A DNA stretch of 32,000 bases, from positions 2,700,001 to 2,732,000 of the forward strand of contig NC_013202.1 of the NCBI RefSeq assembly GCF_000023965.1. The letters are read 5' to 3'. Under the pieces are notes generated by a model. It was not told the origin of the DNA, ran no database searches, and was given only the letters and a program-made list of their open reading frames with translations. Each line of letters opens with the position of its first letter. The first letter of the stretch is position 1. The position numbers were made by a program, and so were the translations under genes. Of the stretch, positions 1 through 8,341 are shown piece after piece. The DNA is from Halomicrobium mukohataei DSM 12286 (lineage in GTDB: Archaea; Halobacteriota; Halobacteria; Halobacteriales; Haloarculaceae).

Positions 1-128
1 AACGACGACCCGTACAGCCCCCCGAACAGCGACGCTGCGACCGGCGGGAGCATGAATACGGGGTGGATCTGAGAGGCGAGTGCGCGAACCGCCGGAACCG
101 GCCCCTGTCCCTCGGTGGCGAGTGGCAT
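1..128 (-). CDS. partial CDS (N-terminal 42 codons, runs off the window start): hydrophobic membrane protein, possibly a UbiA-type prenyltransferase
   Basis: ATG at 126-128 (minus) opens a frame with no stop down to position 1: MPLATEGQGPVPAVRALASQIHPVFMLPPVAASLFGGLYGSS. It is absent from the ORF track because it is open-ended. The family guess rests only on remembered similarity of this type of N-terminus. Confidence 0.4.
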   Translation of the reverse strand, partial: MPLATEGQGPVPAVRALASQIHPVFMLPPVAASLFGGLYGSS

Positions 129-197
129 ACGCGACACGTCGAACCGAACTGACAAAAAGTCGGGCCCCGTCGGTCGAACAGAGCGTCGGTGTCCGTG

Positions 198-569
198 CTA
201 CGCCCAGTTACCGCGATCGAGGACGAACCCGGAGACGTGAGATGCCAGTTCTCGGGCCGCCCGCTCGCTGTGAGCGTGCAGTTCGCCCGAGACGTGGCCG
301 GCCTCGCCGCCCACCCCCTCCGCCTCGGAGATCGGGTCGGTCCCCGTCGGGTAGCCCCGGCGCGAGCGGACCCGATCACGGAGCGACTGGACGACGCCGC
401 TGGTGAGGCGAGCGTCGAGGTGCTGGAGGTCGTACTTGACGATGTACCCGCGGTCGGCGTTCCGGACGGCGAGTACCGGCTCGCCTCGGTCGCGACAGCG
501 GTCCCAGATCGCGCGCTGCTCGTCGCGGCTCTCGTAGACCGGAACGTTCGACGATGCCAGGTGATCCAT
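198..569 (-). CDS. hypothetical protein (123 aa)
   Basis: ATG start at 567-569. Composition is normal and acidic (MDHLASSNVPVYESRDEQRAIWDR...). The overlapping + frames (80-406, 189-851) are Arg/Pro-rich shadow frames. No family recognised. Confidence 0.5.
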   Translation of the reverse strand: MDHLASSNVPVYESRDEQRAIWDRCRDRGEPVLAVRNADRGYIVKYDLQHLDARLTSGVVQSLRDRVRSRRGYPTGTDPISEAEGVGGEAGHVSGELHAHSERAARELASHVSGFVLDRGNWA

Positions 570-609
570 ACGGCTACCGTACGGGTCGCGAGGATAATGT
601 GGCTATCGG

Positions 610-906
610 CTACTGCACCGTCACGTAGCTCAGGACGGCGATCGCGACGAACTGCAGGCTCCGGAGCACCAGGACAGCCTGCTGAACGTGTGGATCACCG
701 GCGTAGAGACTCGACATCGAGAAGAAGAAGTAGACCGCGACGGCGTTCTCCGCGAGCATCGCGACGGCGAAGACGACCAGTCCGCCCACGAGATTCGTCC
801 GGAACGTCGAGTAGTTGCGGATCCAGATCCCGATCAGGGGCAACAGGATGAGCACGTTCAGCGCCGCCAACGCCGAGGCCGCCTTGATAAGTGGTCCCAT
901 CGCCAT
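610..906 (-). CDS. small integral membrane protein (98 aa, about 3 TM helices)
   Basis: Hydrophobic stretches LAALNVLILLPLIGIWI, LVGGLVVFAVAMLAENAVAVYFFF and LQFVAIAVLSYV. Its ATG (904-906) overlaps the TGA (906-908) of the upstream wHTH gene, which suggests translational coupling. Confidence 0.7.
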   Translation of the reverse strand: MAMGPLIKAASALAALNVLILLPLIGIWIRNYSTFRTNLVGGLVVFAVAMLAENAVAVYFFFSMSSLYAGDPHVQQAVLVLRSLQFVAIAVLSYVTVQ

Positions 907-1181
907 CAGTCGATCCGCTCCATGATCTCCTCGAACGTCTCTCGGTTCCGCTCGAACCGATCGGTCAGGAAGTACAGTTTCGCGTAGTCGGTGTCGCCCG
1001 GTTCGACGACGTCGTGTTCGATCAACTGGTCCATGTGGTGTCGGATCGTCTTGTAGCCCACGTCGAGTTCCTCCGCGAGTTCGTTTGCGTTCATCGGTCT
1101 GTCAGAGAGCGCGTCGATAATTCGAGCGCGATTTTCCCCACCTCGTGTCGCAGTCAGTAGATACCAGAGGGCCTTCTCCAT
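906..1181 (-). CDS. winged helix-turn-helix transcriptional regulator (ArsR-like, 91 aa)
   Basis: MEKALWYLLTATRGGENRARIIDALSDRPMNANELAEELDVGYKTIRHHMDQLIEHDVV is a typical wHTH recognition region. The track ORF extends to a TTG at 1199. The ATG at 1179-1181 was chosen as the start. Confidence 0.8.
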   Translation of the reverse strand: MEKALWYLLTATRGGENRARIIDALSDRPMNANELAEELDVGYKTIRHHMDQLIEHDVVEPGDTDYAKLYFLTDRFERNRETFEEIMERID

Positions 1182-1406
1182 CGCACCATCTTGAAACAAC
1201 TCCAGCGGCGTCGATTATAGTCCTGTCCATCGAGTCGGCACGGTGTCAGTGACGGGGCGGGCGCACAAAACGGTTGTTCGAACGCCGTCCCGAAAGTGGG
1301 TCGAATGTGACCCACATCGCGGACCGGCCAGACATCGGCGCGACGCCGTCGGTCTATGTCCGGCTACCGACGCGTCGCCTCCTCGGGACCGACTGTCGTC
1401 GGTGTC

Positions 1407-2198
1407 TTATCGGGGCTGTACGAGCACGCGAAGCACGTCGCTGGTGTCGGGGTAGTCGTAGCCGTTGATCGTCTCGACCGGTGCGACCGTGCCACGCTCG
1501 ACCAGACCGACGCCGGCACCTCGCTGGCGCTGGACCTGGTTCTCGCCGACGCCGGGCTCCTCGTTGATCTCGGTCCCCGCGTCCCAGAGGTCGACGCGGT
1601 CGGTCACGTCGCCCTGGACCGACTGTTCGTCCGAACTGAGTGGAATCCCCGTCGCGCCCCCCAGCGCGTAGAAGAGGTCGTTCGAAGGAACGAACATCGT
1701 CACCATCGAGAGGTACAGATCGTCGGTCGCCAGTCGCTCGGTCTCGAAGTCGTAAGAGTGGTTCGGCAGTAGCGGACCGGGTTCGTCGCTACCGGCCGGA
1801 ACTGCCTGAACACCGGCGTCGTGGACCGTCTCTCGTTCGCCGAGCGACGCGACGAGAGACTTGGGCGAACCGTCTTCGGCGACGCCTTCGAGCCCGTTGC
1901 CTCGCGCCGACTCACCGGCGGTGAAGATCGGTTCGTCGGCTTCGTGGACTGCGTAGACGACCGGCGAGAGCGGGACCGGCTGCTCGGCCGCGTCCCCCTC
2001 CGCCGTCGTCTGGAGCGTCTGTCCGTCCGAGACGTTCGTGACACGAACGTTGTACCGGAGCTCCTGTGTGCTCTGTACGGTCGCCGCGACCGTCCCGGTC
2101 CCACCCAGCAGGACGGCTCCGGCACCCGCAACGAAGCCGCGCCGTGATACCCGTCGACCGTGCGATTCCTCCGTCGTCGCTGTGTTGTCGTCCGTCAT
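1407..2198 (-). CDS. Tat-secreted protein, probably spondin_N-like domain protein (263 aa)
   Basis: ATG at 2196-2198. Twin-arginine signal SRRGFVAGAGAVLLGG, followed by an acidic mature part. The spondin_N assignment is from memory of haloarchaeal homologues, not from a search. Confidence 0.7.
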   Translation of the reverse strand: MTDDNTATTEESHGRRVSRRGFVAGAGAVLLGGTGTVAATVQSTQELRYNVRVTNVSDGQTLQTTAEGDAAEQPVPLSPVVYAVHEADEPIFTAGESARGNGLEGVAEDGSPKSLVASLGERETVHDAGVQAVPAGSDEPGPLLPNHSYDFETERLATDDLYLSMVTMFVPSNDLFYALGGATGIPLSSDEQSVQGDVTDRVDLWDAGTEINEEPGVGENQVQRQRGAGVGLVERGTVAPVETINGYDYPDTSDVLRVLVQPR

Positions 2199-2207
2199 CG
2201 TAGTTCA

Positions 2208-2221
2208 GTGCCAGCTGGCAC
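2208..2221. promoter_or_regulatory. perfect 14-bp palindrome GTGCCAGCTGGCAC just upstream of the 1407-2198 gene; candidate operator
   Basis: Read directly from the sequence. It lies 10 nt upstream of the ATG (2198) and downstream of a TATA-like TTTAAA (about 2243-2250, minus-strand sense). Confidence 0.35.
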
Positions 2222-2302
2222 GAGCGATCGAACGGAGGTTGGTTTAAAGAGTATTTTTCTGAAACGATCCACACTGTGGGCTAATTCCGTTCCAAATTCG
2301 AC

Positions 2303-3007
2303 TCAGATGTCGGCCAGTCGGGAGAACGGACCGGCCCCGTCGACGAGAACCGCGGTCACGCGCCGGAGCGCGCTCCCGAGGACGAACCCACAGACCGCGA
2401 TCGGCACCCCGAAGGCGATGGCGAACAGGGCAGCGATGCCGACGGCGTCGGGAAGCGAGACGACGCTCGCGCCGTACTCGTAGGTGAGGGTCGTGCCGTA
2501 CCGAGCGACGCCGACGCCGAACACCGGGCCCGCGACCAGCAGCGTCGTCGGCAAGAGTCCGGAGTTGACCGCGGCGCTCGCGGTGGCGAGGACGAGCAGT
2601 GCCGCGACACCGAGGAAGACGGTCAGTGCGGGATCGGTCCCGTACCAGGTGCCACGGACCCACGCCTCCAGCGTCGCGTATCCCATCGTCGAGCGAACCC
2701 ACCACGTCGTCAGAAGCGCCAGTGGCACCGACAGCAGTCCGGCGAGCAACGACACCTCCAGACGGCGGCCGAACAGTCCGTTACGCACGGGGCCGGCCAG
2801 CGCGCGCTTGACCGGACCGGAGAGGAGAGCACTCAGCCACTCGGTGACACGCGCGAGTACGGACCGAGAGAGGATCCAGGCCAGCCGGACAATGGACAGA
2901 CACAGTTTCAGCGCGGTTCGGAGGCTCGCAGCCGTCCACGAGAGGGCCGCGAGAACGACCGAAAGGGCTCGCTGCGACGCCGCCGGGAGGGAGCGTTCAG
3001 GGCTCAT
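2303..3007 (-). CDS. polytopic membrane protein, hypothetical (234 aa)
   Basis: ATG at 3005-3007. Several hydrophobic segments (LLAGLLSVPLALLTTWW, VFLGVAALLVLATASAAV, IAALFAIAFGVPIAVCGFVLG). The other frames here are Arg-rich. Confidence 0.6.
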   Translation of the reverse strand: MSPERSLPAASQRALSVVLAALSWTAASLRTALKLCLSIVRLAWILSRSVLARVTEWLSALLSGPVKRALAGPVRNGLFGRRLEVSLLAGLLSVPLALLTTWWVRSTMGYATLEAWVRGTWYGTDPALTVFLGVAALLVLATASAAVNSGLLPTTLLVAGPVFGVGVARYGTTLTYEYGASVVSLPDAVGIAALFAIAFGVPIAVCGFVLGSALRRVTAVLVDGAGPFSRLADI

Positions 3008-3048
3008 CAGTCAAACGTTCTCCGGCAGTGATATTAGACGTTCCGGAG

Positions 3049-4215
3049 TCACTGGACGGCCGCGAGCGCCTCGTCCATGATCGACAGCGCCTCTTTCAGC
3101 GTCTCCACGTCGACGGGGTACGAGATTCGGGCGTAGCCCGCGCCCTGGGCACCGAAGGCCTCACCGGGGACGACGACGACGCCACGCTCGATGCACTCGT
3201 CGACGAACCCGTCGGGCACCTTCGGCATCGCGTAGAAGGCACCTTCGGGCGTGGGACACTCCAGTCCGATGTCTTCGAGGCCGTCGAGCAACACGTCACG
3301 ACGCTGCTCGAAGGCGGCCCGCATCTCCTCGACAACGTCCTGAGGTCCCGACAGGGCCGCTTCGGCCGCGAACTGGGCGGGCGCGCTCGCACAGGCCTGT
3401 GCGTACTGGTGGACCCGCAGCATGCGCTCGATGCGGTCGCTGGCACCCGTGACCCAGCCCAGCCGCCAGCCGGTCATCGAGTAGCTCTTCGAGCAGGCGT
3501 TGACGACGACGACGTTGCCGCCGTCGTCGAATTCGGCGGGACTGCGGTGCTCGCCCTCGAAGACGATGTGCTCGTACACCTCGTCGGAGAGACAGAGCAC
3601 GTCGTGCTCGTCTGCGATCCGGGCGAACGCGCGCATGTCGTCGGGCGACTGGACCGCGCCGGTCGGATTGGCCGGGCTGTTGACGATGAAGGCGGCGGTG
3701 TCGTCGGTGATCGCTTCCTCGACGGTCGCCGGGTCGAGCGTCAGATCGTCCCGCAGCGGGACCGGCTTGGGCGTCCCGCCAGCGAGGTGGGTCAGCGCGT
3801 CGTAGGAGACGAAGCCGGGGTCGGGGAAGATCACTTCCTGGCCCGCGTTGTCGGACTGTGTCCGATCGCTCCCGGGACTGTGTCCCGGGCCGTCGACGTG
3901 GGCCTCCAGCGCGATGTGCAGCGCCTCGCTGCCGCCCGAGGTGGCGATCACGTTCTCGGGGTCCACGTCCATGCCGTTGTCTCGCGCGTGCTTGTCCGCG
4001 ATGGCTTCCCGCAGCTCGCGGGTCCCCTTGTTCGACGTGTAGGCGTCTGCTTTCCCCGCCTGGATCGCCTCGACCGCCGCCTGGCGGGCGTGGTCTGGCG
4101 TCGGGAAGTCCGGCTGGCCCAGCCCGAGATTGATCGCGTCCTCACCTGCGGCCTCGAAGACCTCTCGGATCCCCGAGATCGACACCTGCTCGACTCGACG
4201 GGAGAACTCTGTCAT
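3049..4215 (-). CDS. pyridoxal-phosphate-dependent aminotransferase, class I/II (aspartate aminotransferase-like, 388 aa)
   Basis: PLP-lysine motif NACSKSYSMTGWRLGW, plus NSPANPTG and an overall AspC-like layout. ATG at 4213-4215. Confidence 0.9.
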   Translation of the reverse strand: MTEFSRRVEQVSISGIREVFEAAGEDAINLGLGQPDFPTPDHARQAAVEAIQAGKADAYTSNKGTRELREAIADKHARDNGMDVDPENVIATSGGSEALHIALEAHVDGPGHSPGSDRTQSDNAGQEVIFPDPGFVSYDALTHLAGGTPKPVPLRDDLTLDPATVEEAITDDTAAFIVNSPANPTGAVQSPDDMRAFARIADEHDVLCLSDEVYEHIVFEGEHRSPAEFDDGGNVVVVNACSKSYSMTGWRLGWVTGASDRIERMLRVHQYAQACASAPAQFAAEAALSGPQDVVEEMRAAFEQRRDVLLDGLEDIGLECPTPEGAFYAMPKVPDGFVDECIERGVVVVPGEAFGAQGAGYARISYPVDVETLKEALSIMDEALAAVQ

Positions 4216-4301
4216 ACTCTACCGGCCGGCTTCGGAGCCGATAACTCTTGATGATCCGGCCGCTGGCGGCGACGATGCACGGTGGCCGCGCCCGCTCCGG
4301 A

Positions 4302-4451
4302 TCACTCGTCGGCGGCCGTCCGCAGGTCGTCGATGTGGGCTTCCAGCCGGCGCAGGGCCGCGTCGGCGTCGTCGTACCCTCGGTCGTAGTCGGCGTAGCA
4401 GTCGTCGGCCGCTGCCAGGAACTCGTCGACGGCGTCTTCGAGATCGCTCAT
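4302..4451 (-). CDS. small acidic protein (49 aa), hypothetical
   Basis: The internal ATG at 4449-4451 gives MSDLEDAVDEFLAAADDCYADYDRGYDDADAALRRLEAHIDDLRTAADE. The upstream part of the track ORF is Arg-rich and unlikely to be coding. Confidence 0.45.
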   Translation of the reverse strand: MSDLEDAVDEFLAAADDCYADYDRGYDDADAALRRLEAHIDDLRTAADE

Positions 4452-4539
4452 ACCGCGGGTTCGTCGCCCGCGTACGGAAACCCTGCGATTTCGGACCGAC
4501 CCGTCAGGCATTTGCCCGAGCCAGCCCGAGTGGGAGGCG

Positions 4540-5217
4540 ATGGAACTCACCTACGACGACCGGGCCGTCGTCGTCGGGGAGACGCTGGTACTGGCCGACC
4601 TCCACGTCGGCAAGGGGTCTTCGAACCTGGAGCTGCCGGTCGGAGACAGCACGGACACGCTGGATCGACTCGACGGGCTGCTGGCGCGCCACGAGCCCGA
4701 GACGGTCGTGATCGCTGGCGACCTGTTACACTCGTTCACCACGGTCCCGCGGACGGTCTCGGACACCGTCGCGGAGATCCGACAGCGCTGTCGCGCACAC
4801 GACGCGCGCCCGATCGTCACGCCCGGGAACCACGACACCATGCTCGACTCGGTGTGGGACGGGGCGACCACGCCCGAGTACGCGGTCGGCGACACCGTGA
4901 TCTGTCACGGCCACGAAGCGCCGGAGACCACGGCCAAGCGGTACGTCATCGGCCACGACCACCCGACGATCGAGATCGAGGGCCAGCGTCGGCCCTGCTA
5001 CCTCGTCGCCGAAGACGCCTACGGGCGCGCGGACGTGGTGATGGTGCCGGCGTTCAACCGCCTGCTCGCGGGCGTGCGGGTCAACGAGATGCGCGCCGAC
5101 GAGTTCATGTCGCCGCTGATCCAGTCGGTCGACCAGTTCCGGCCGCTCGTCTGGAGCGAGGCCGGCGACGAACGCCTGGATTTTCCCCCGCTCGGGGAGT
5201 TCCGGCGACTGCTGTAG
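4540..5217 (+). CDS. metallophosphoesterase (calcineurin-like, COG1407-type, 225 aa)
   Basis: Motifs LADLHVG, AGDLLH, PGNHD, CHGHE and GHDHP. SD-like GGGAGG at 4532-4537 lies upstream of the ATG at 4540. Confidence 0.85.
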   Translation: MELTYDDRAVVVGETLVLADLHVGKGSSNLELPVGDSTDTLDRLDGLLARHEPETVVIAGDLLHSFTTVPRTVSDTVAEIRQRCRAHDARPIVTPGNHDTMLDSVWDGATTPEYAVGDTVICHGHEAPETTAKRYVIGHDHPTIEIEGQRRPCYLVAEDAYGRADVVMVPAFNRLLAGVRVNEMRADEFMSPLIQSVDQFRPLVWSEAGDERLDFPPLGEFRRLL

Positions 5218-5263
5218 CGTTCGAAGCGGCAGATATTTGGCCCGTGACGGTGGATCGGCGGAT

Positions 5264-5434
5264 ATGGTTGCGACCAACGCCGCAGTGGCACTCATCGTCA
5301 CGACGATCGTCGTCCTCGCGTTGCTGACGCTGGCGACGGTGTACTACGTGCCGAAGGTGCTGCCAGGAAACGACGAGCACGGCGAGGGAAACGACGAGGG
5401 AAATGAGCGCCCGCCCGGCGGTCACGCCGCCTGA
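5264..5434 (+). CDS. small single-TM membrane protein (56 aa), hypothetical
   Basis: ATG at 5264 gives MVATNAAVALIVTTIVVLALLTLATVYYV followed by an acidic tail. A TATA-like ATATTT about 27-30 nt upstream fits a leaderless mRNA. The track start at 5237 is a TTG. Confidence 0.4.
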   Translation: MVATNAAVALIVTTIVVLALLTLATVYYVPKVLPGNDEHGEGNDEGNERPPGGHAA

Positions 5435-5485
5435 CACTGTCGGCCCTTTTCGAGGTATTCGAACTGCAGAGGCGACGCCGAGAGA

Positions 5486-6211
5486 TCACTCGCCGTCGCC
5501 CAGCCACGCGTCCTCGATGCGGACCCCGCCCCTGTCGCCCTCCCACTCCGTGTCGTAGGAGAGCCTGATCGGGCGATCCATGTGGGGGCCGTCGGTCACG
5601 AGCGTCTCGAACTCCCCGCCCTCGCCGAGAATGTGGACGCCGTACTCCTCGTTGAGCGTCGTCAGTTCGTCCAGCGCGGTCTCGTCGAGCGTGCGCCCGA
5701 GCCAGGACTCGTCCAGTCCGTAGGCGGCCACCTGGATGATCCGGATCTCGAACCCGGCCGCGAGCATGGCGTCGGCGAGTGCGCGCGGGTCCTCCTGCCA
5801 GAGCGGGGCGAACAGCTCGGCGTCGAGGCGATCACACATCGCCCGGATCCGACTCGTCTGATACTCGCTCTCGACGGCCCCGGCGGTGACGCCGGCCACG
5901 CCGCCCGGAAGCTCCGCGTCGAGCGTTTCCAGTGCCGCCTCCAGTGGCTCCAGTTCGGCGTCGCCTTGCTGGCCCGAGTCGACGGCGCTCTCGGCCGCGA
6001 GGTCGTCGGGCTCGACGTCGACGAGTTCGATCCCGATGCTGTCGGCGGCCAGCGTCGCCAGCGAGGTCGCCGGGATGTGGTACATGTACGAGTCGTCGGA
6101 CGGGTGGACGGTGACGAGTCGCTGCACGTCGCGGCCGCTCTCCAGGGCGCGATACAGCGCCCACGCCGAGTCTTTGCCACCCGAGAACAGACTCACCCAC
6201 GCGTCGGTCAT
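5486..6211 (-). CDS. PP-loop ATP pyrophosphatase, MJ0570/Dph6 (diphthine-ammonia ligase)-like (241 aa)
   Basis: The ATG at 6209-6211 gives MTDAWVSLFSGGKDSAWALYRAL with the SGGKDS PP-loop. The 136 codons upstream in the track ORF are antisense to the neighbouring USP gene and Arg-rich. Confidence 0.85.
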   Translation of the reverse strand: MTDAWVSLFSGGKDSAWALYRALESGRDVQRLVTVHPSDDSYMYHIPATSLATLAADSIGIELVDVEPDDLAAESAVDSGQQGDAELEPLEAALETLDAELPGGVAGVTAGAVESEYQTSRIRAMCDRLDAELFAPLWQEDPRALADAMLAAGFEIRIIQVAAYGLDESWLGRTLDETALDELTTLNEEYGVHILGEGGEFETLVTDGPHMDRPIRLSYDTEWEGDRGGVRIEDAWLGDGE

Positions 6212-6292
6212 ACCCGCCCTTGCCCGCGGCCGAATAAAGCGATGTGGATTCCCGCAGGAACGCATTTCCCGTCGGCGTGTGAACCGCGAGAC

Positions 6293-7153
6293 ATGTACGA
6301 CCGAATCCTGTTGCCGATCGACGGCAGCGACGGGGCGAGGCGGACGATCGATCACGTCGCCGACATCGCGGCCGACCAGGACGCGTCGGTGACCGCGCTG
6401 TTCGTCGCGGACACGACGCTGGACTCGGTGACCCGCATCGAGGGCGACATCGTCGAATCGCTGGTCGAGACCGGCGAAGAGATCGTCGGCGAAGCGGGCA
6501 CCGTCCTGGCGAGCAGCGGTGTCGACTACGAGACGGATGTCGTCTCCGGCGGCCCCGCACGGACCGTCGTCGACTACGCCGACCGGTACGGCTTCGACCT
6601 GATCGCGATGCCGACACACGGGCGGACGGGGATCTCACGGCGGCTGCTTGGCAGCGTCACCGAGACGGTGATCCGGCTGTCCCAGATCCCGGTGTTGACG
6701 ATCCGTCTGGCAGACGAGACCAGAACGACGTTCCCCTACGAACGGCTCTTGGTGCCGACCGACGGGAGTCCGGCGGCGACCGCTGCCGTCGAACACGGGC
6801 TCGACCTGGCGGCCGCGCTGGACGGGACGCCACACGCGCTTTCAGTCGCCGAGTCGGGCTCGGTCCTCGGACTGGGTGGTGACGGAAGCAACCCTCAGTC
6901 CGCCGCCGAGACGGCCGTCGAGAACGTCGAGCCGATGGCGAGCGAGCGCGACATCGGTACGCTCGTGACGGCCGTCGAACACGGGTCGCCACACGAGGCG
7001 ATCACGGCGTACGTCGACGCGAACGATATCGACGCGATCGTGATGGGAACGACGGGAACGCGGGGGATCGGCGAGATGCTCCTGGGCACCGTCGCGGAGC
7101 TGGTCGTCCGGACGGCACCGGTACCGGTGATCACTGTCACGGCCGAGGAGTGA
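6293..7153 (+). CDS. universal stress protein, tandem USP domains (286 aa)
   Basis: ATG at 6293 gives MYDRILLPIDGSDGARRTIDHV. A second domain starts at YERLLVPTDGSPAATAAVEHG. Both domains end in G-x-x-G-(9x)-G(S/T)V motifs (HGRTGISRRLLGSVTE, GTRGIGEMLLGTVAE). Confidence 0.85.
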   Translation: MYDRILLPIDGSDGARRTIDHVADIAADQDASVTALFVADTTLDSVTRIEGDIVESLVETGEEIVGEAGTVLASSGVDYETDVVSGGPARTVVDYADRYGFDLIAMPTHGRTGISRRLLGSVTETVIRLSQIPVLTIRLADETRTTFPYERLLVPTDGSPAATAAVEHGLDLAAALDGTPHALSVAESGSVLGLGGDGSNPQSAAETAVENVEPMASERDIGTLVTAVEHGSPHEAITAYVDANDIDAIVMGTTGTRGIGEMLLGTVAELVVRTAPVPVITVTAEE

Positions 7154-7164
7154 CCGGCGGCGGC

Positions 7165-8292
7165 CTAGTCGACGAACTCGTCCTGGACGCTCGACTGGCT
7201 GAAGTACGCGGCAAAGCGGACGCCGATCAGGCTCACGAGGATCCCACCGAGAATGAACACCGCGAGCCGCGGGCCTCGCTCCAGCGTGACGGCCTCGATC
7301 AGCACCGGGCCGATCGTCGCCGGTCCGATCTGGAACTGGCCGATGGCGCCGGCCCGTTCGAGGAAGTACTCGGAGAACCCTCGGACGACCAGTCCGACGG
7401 CGATCGTCCCGAACGGGAGATTGACGTACGCCGAGCGGATGGAGTCGCGCTGCATGAGTTCGTCGATGAGCCGGCCGGTTGCGGCCGCGAGTGCCGCCGC
7501 CGTGAACCACGGCACGCCGTCGAACGCGAAGCGCATGGCGTGGATGAACGCGCTCTGGTCGCCGGTCGACCGCACGCCCAGCGCACCCACGAAGACGCCG
7601 ACCAGCGCCAGGCCGGCGGCGACCACGTAGGTGACCAGCGACACGCGCCCGGAGTACAGCGCCGCCTGGATCTCGCCGGGGAGCCGCGAGAGATACTCGT
7701 CGATCCCTAGCCCCTTGTAGATGAGGAACGCGCCGACGGCGGCCGCGATGGCCCCGACGGCGAAGGTGGGCGACGTGACCAACAAGAGCAAGGGGAGCGC
7801 GATCAGTGCGATCCCCAGCGGGACGAGGACGGTCTTTCGCAGTTCCTCGTCGGCGAGGAACTGCTTGAGCAGGTAGTACGTCGATTCGATGTCGCGGGCC
7901 TGCCGGACGACCACGCGGTCGACCGCGTCGACGCGCAGGCGACTCTCGATGATCGGGACCAGCCGCTCGTCCTCCGCGCTGTCGACGACGACGACCGCGG
8001 AGTCGGGATCGTGGACCTCGACCAGCTCGTCGACCTGTCTGGCGACGCTCCGGTCGGCGCTGACGCCGTCGCCGCGGTCGCCGACCACCGTCACGATGGC
8101 GTCGTCGCCGTCGGCTTCGAGGTCGTTGGTCACCCGCAGCCCTTCCAGCATCGTGTTGACGCGGCTGTCTTCCGGGTCCGCGAGGCCGACCTCGGTCACG
8201 AGTGCCTCGACGGCGTCGTAGCCCGCGACCGGGAGCGATGTGTCTGGCGGAAACGTCCCCCCGCGGTCGATACAGACCACCAGCGTCGTCAC
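7165..8292 (-). CDS. DUF373-like integral membrane protein (375 aa)
   Basis: The N-terminus (M)TTLVVCIDRGG is typical of the family if the GTG at 8290-8292 is used. An acidic soluble domain is followed by about 6 TM helices. The track ORF extension to 8427 is Arg/Ser-rich. Confidence 0.7.
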   Translation of the reverse strand: MTTLVVCIDRGGTFPPDTSLPVAGYDAVEALVTEVGLADPEDSRVNTMLEGLRVTNDLEADGDDAIVTVVGDRGDGVSADRSVARQVDELVEVHDPDSAVVVVDSAEDERLVPIIESRLRVDAVDRVVVRQARDIESTYYLLKQFLADEELRKTVLVPLGIALIALPLLLLVTSPTFAVGAIAAAVGAFLIYKGLGIDEYLSRLPGEIQAALYSGRVSLVTYVVAAGLALVGVFVGALGVRSTGDQSAFIHAMRFAFDGVPWFTAAALAAATGRLIDELMQRDSIRSAYVNLPFGTIAVGLVVRGFSEYFLERAGAIGQFQIGPATIGPVLIEAVTLERGPRLAVFILGGILVSLIGVRFAAYFSQSSVQDEFVD

Positions 8293-8341
8293 GTACGTCT
8301 GGTCACGTCGCCCGGATAAAAATCCTCGCCAGGGCGACGGC

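Noticed and set aside
3028-4251. 407-aa ORF on the + strand, opposite the aminotransferase gene.
   Set aside because: It is a shadow frame typical of high-GC DNA: Arg/Gly/Val/Asp-rich, with no motifs and fully antisense to a gene with a clear PLP-lysine motif. The same reasoning applies to 189-851(+), 1356-1772(+), 4248-5327(+), 8558-9577(+), 9325-10239(+) and 10541-11308(-).
5582-6619. Long N-terminal extensions of the USP ORF (5582-6292, +) and the Dph6-like ORF (6212-6619, -) given by the ORF track. Similar extensions occur at 7165-8427, 9340-10353, 9989-11119, 10753-11616 and 28853-30772.
   Set aside because: The extensions overlap the neighbouring divergent gene or are Arg-rich. Internal starts reproduce canonical family N-termini (MYDRILLPIDGS, MTDAWVSLFSGGKDS, TTLVVCIDR, MAHIAVH, MDVLERY, MTHGDVTF, and the Tat signal MTHGTQSWRRRG).
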